Source of the DNA: Octopus sinensis
Taxonomy: Eukaryota
Length of the DNA stretch: 20,857 bases
Assembly (NCBI RefSeq): GCF_006345805.1
Contig: NW_021823992.1
Location: 1-20,857, forward strand
Direction: 5' to 3'
In this document: piece by piece, positions 20,113 through 20,857 of the stretch
Layout of the letters: each line of letters starts with the position of its first letter
Numbering within the stretch: the first letter of the stretch is position 1
Notes under the pieces: generated by a model
The model's database searches: none
Told to the model about the DNA's origin: nothing
Seen by the model: the letters and a program-made list of their open reading frames with translations, nothing else
Translations under genes and position numbers: made by a program

Positions 20113-20250
20113 GGGGGTGATGTAAGAAGCTGGCATCCACATGGTTCTACAGCGTGGCACCTTGGGCAATGTGCTTCTGCTATAGCCTTGGGCCGACCAA
20201 AGCTTTGTGAGTGAATTTGGTAGACGGAAACTGAAGAAGCCGTCGTATAT
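20113..20250 (+). mobile_element. SINE family B 5' half, degenerate
   Basis: GCGTGGCACCTTGGGCAA..CTATAGCCTTGGGCCGACCAAAGCTTTGTGAGTGAATTTGGTAGACGGAAACTG. Confidence 0.82.
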
Positions 20251-20668
20251 AGTGTATATATATATATATATATAATATATATATATAAGTGATGTATGTA
20301 TTTATGCCCTTACCTTCGAAACACGCATTGAGTCGAAACAGGGGCAGCTGATGAAGGGCGATGTTCCTTGTATTGTGTTGTCTTGTACTCTGTTTTTTCG
20401 TTGGTAAAAAAAGTCCGTTTCCTTTGTTTGATTTTATGTTTCGTTTCTCGTTATGTTCTACGTTTATTTGTGGTTGTCCTGTAACTCATATATGCATGTA
20501 TATATACATATGATGTAGGTATGTACATATATGTATGTATATATGCATATGTTCTATTTATTATAATTGTTATTATATGATTGAACGCTCGCGTCGTTCC
20601 TCTTCTTCTTCCAAGTAAGTTTTATATATATATATATAATATATTATATATATATATATATATATATA

Positions 20669-20826
20669 CGACGGGCTTCTTCAGTTTCCGTCAACCAATG
20701 CACTCACAAGGCTTTGGTCGGCCCAAAGCTATAGTAGAGACACTTGCCCAAGGTGCCACGCAGTGGGTCTGAACCCGGAACCATGTGGTTGGTAAGCAGC
20801 TACTACCACACAGCCACTCCTACGCC
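20669..20826 (-). mobile_element. SINE family B 5' half
   Basis: Reverse complement of 6208-6371 with an intact head. Confidence 0.88.
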
Positions 20827-20857
20827 TATATATACATACATACATACATACATACAT

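Noticed and set aside
20305-20375. Hammerhead from CTGATGA (20348-20354) and upstream GAAAC motifs
   Set aside because: No GAAA follows the putative stem II and no stem I forms in a type-II arrangement. It may be a Penelope-type remnant but is unsupported as a ribozyme.

Overview
This is AT-rich, repeat-saturated animal genomic DNA with no intact protein-coding gene. The SINE repertoire and microsatellite load look like an octopus (coleoid cephalopod) intron or intergenic region; this is recognition from memory, not a search result. Nearly all supplied ORFs are microsatellite or SINE artefacts. Contents: many copies of several tRNA-derived SINE families; a 5'-truncated L1/Tx1-type LINE 3' end (CCHC zinc knuckle) inside a (TCTA)n tract; a 646-bp foldback element with an 8-bp TSD and internal TTAGGG repeats; a CCGTA-ended Tc2/pogo-type MITE; mariner and DD41D (rosa/Visitor-type) remnants; and an 11-copy ~148-bp SINE-derived tandem array. 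Most interesting: (1) three minimal type-I hammerhead ribozyme motifs of the Penelope-associated kind, one with a complete U3-A8 compensated core at the tip of a long rod-like hairpin (16310-16656) and one downstream of a tRNA-type Pol III head (370-840); (2) SINE multimers of a headless 184-bp unit with the same junction at four separate loci; (3) a shared 3' tail between that SINE and the LINE.
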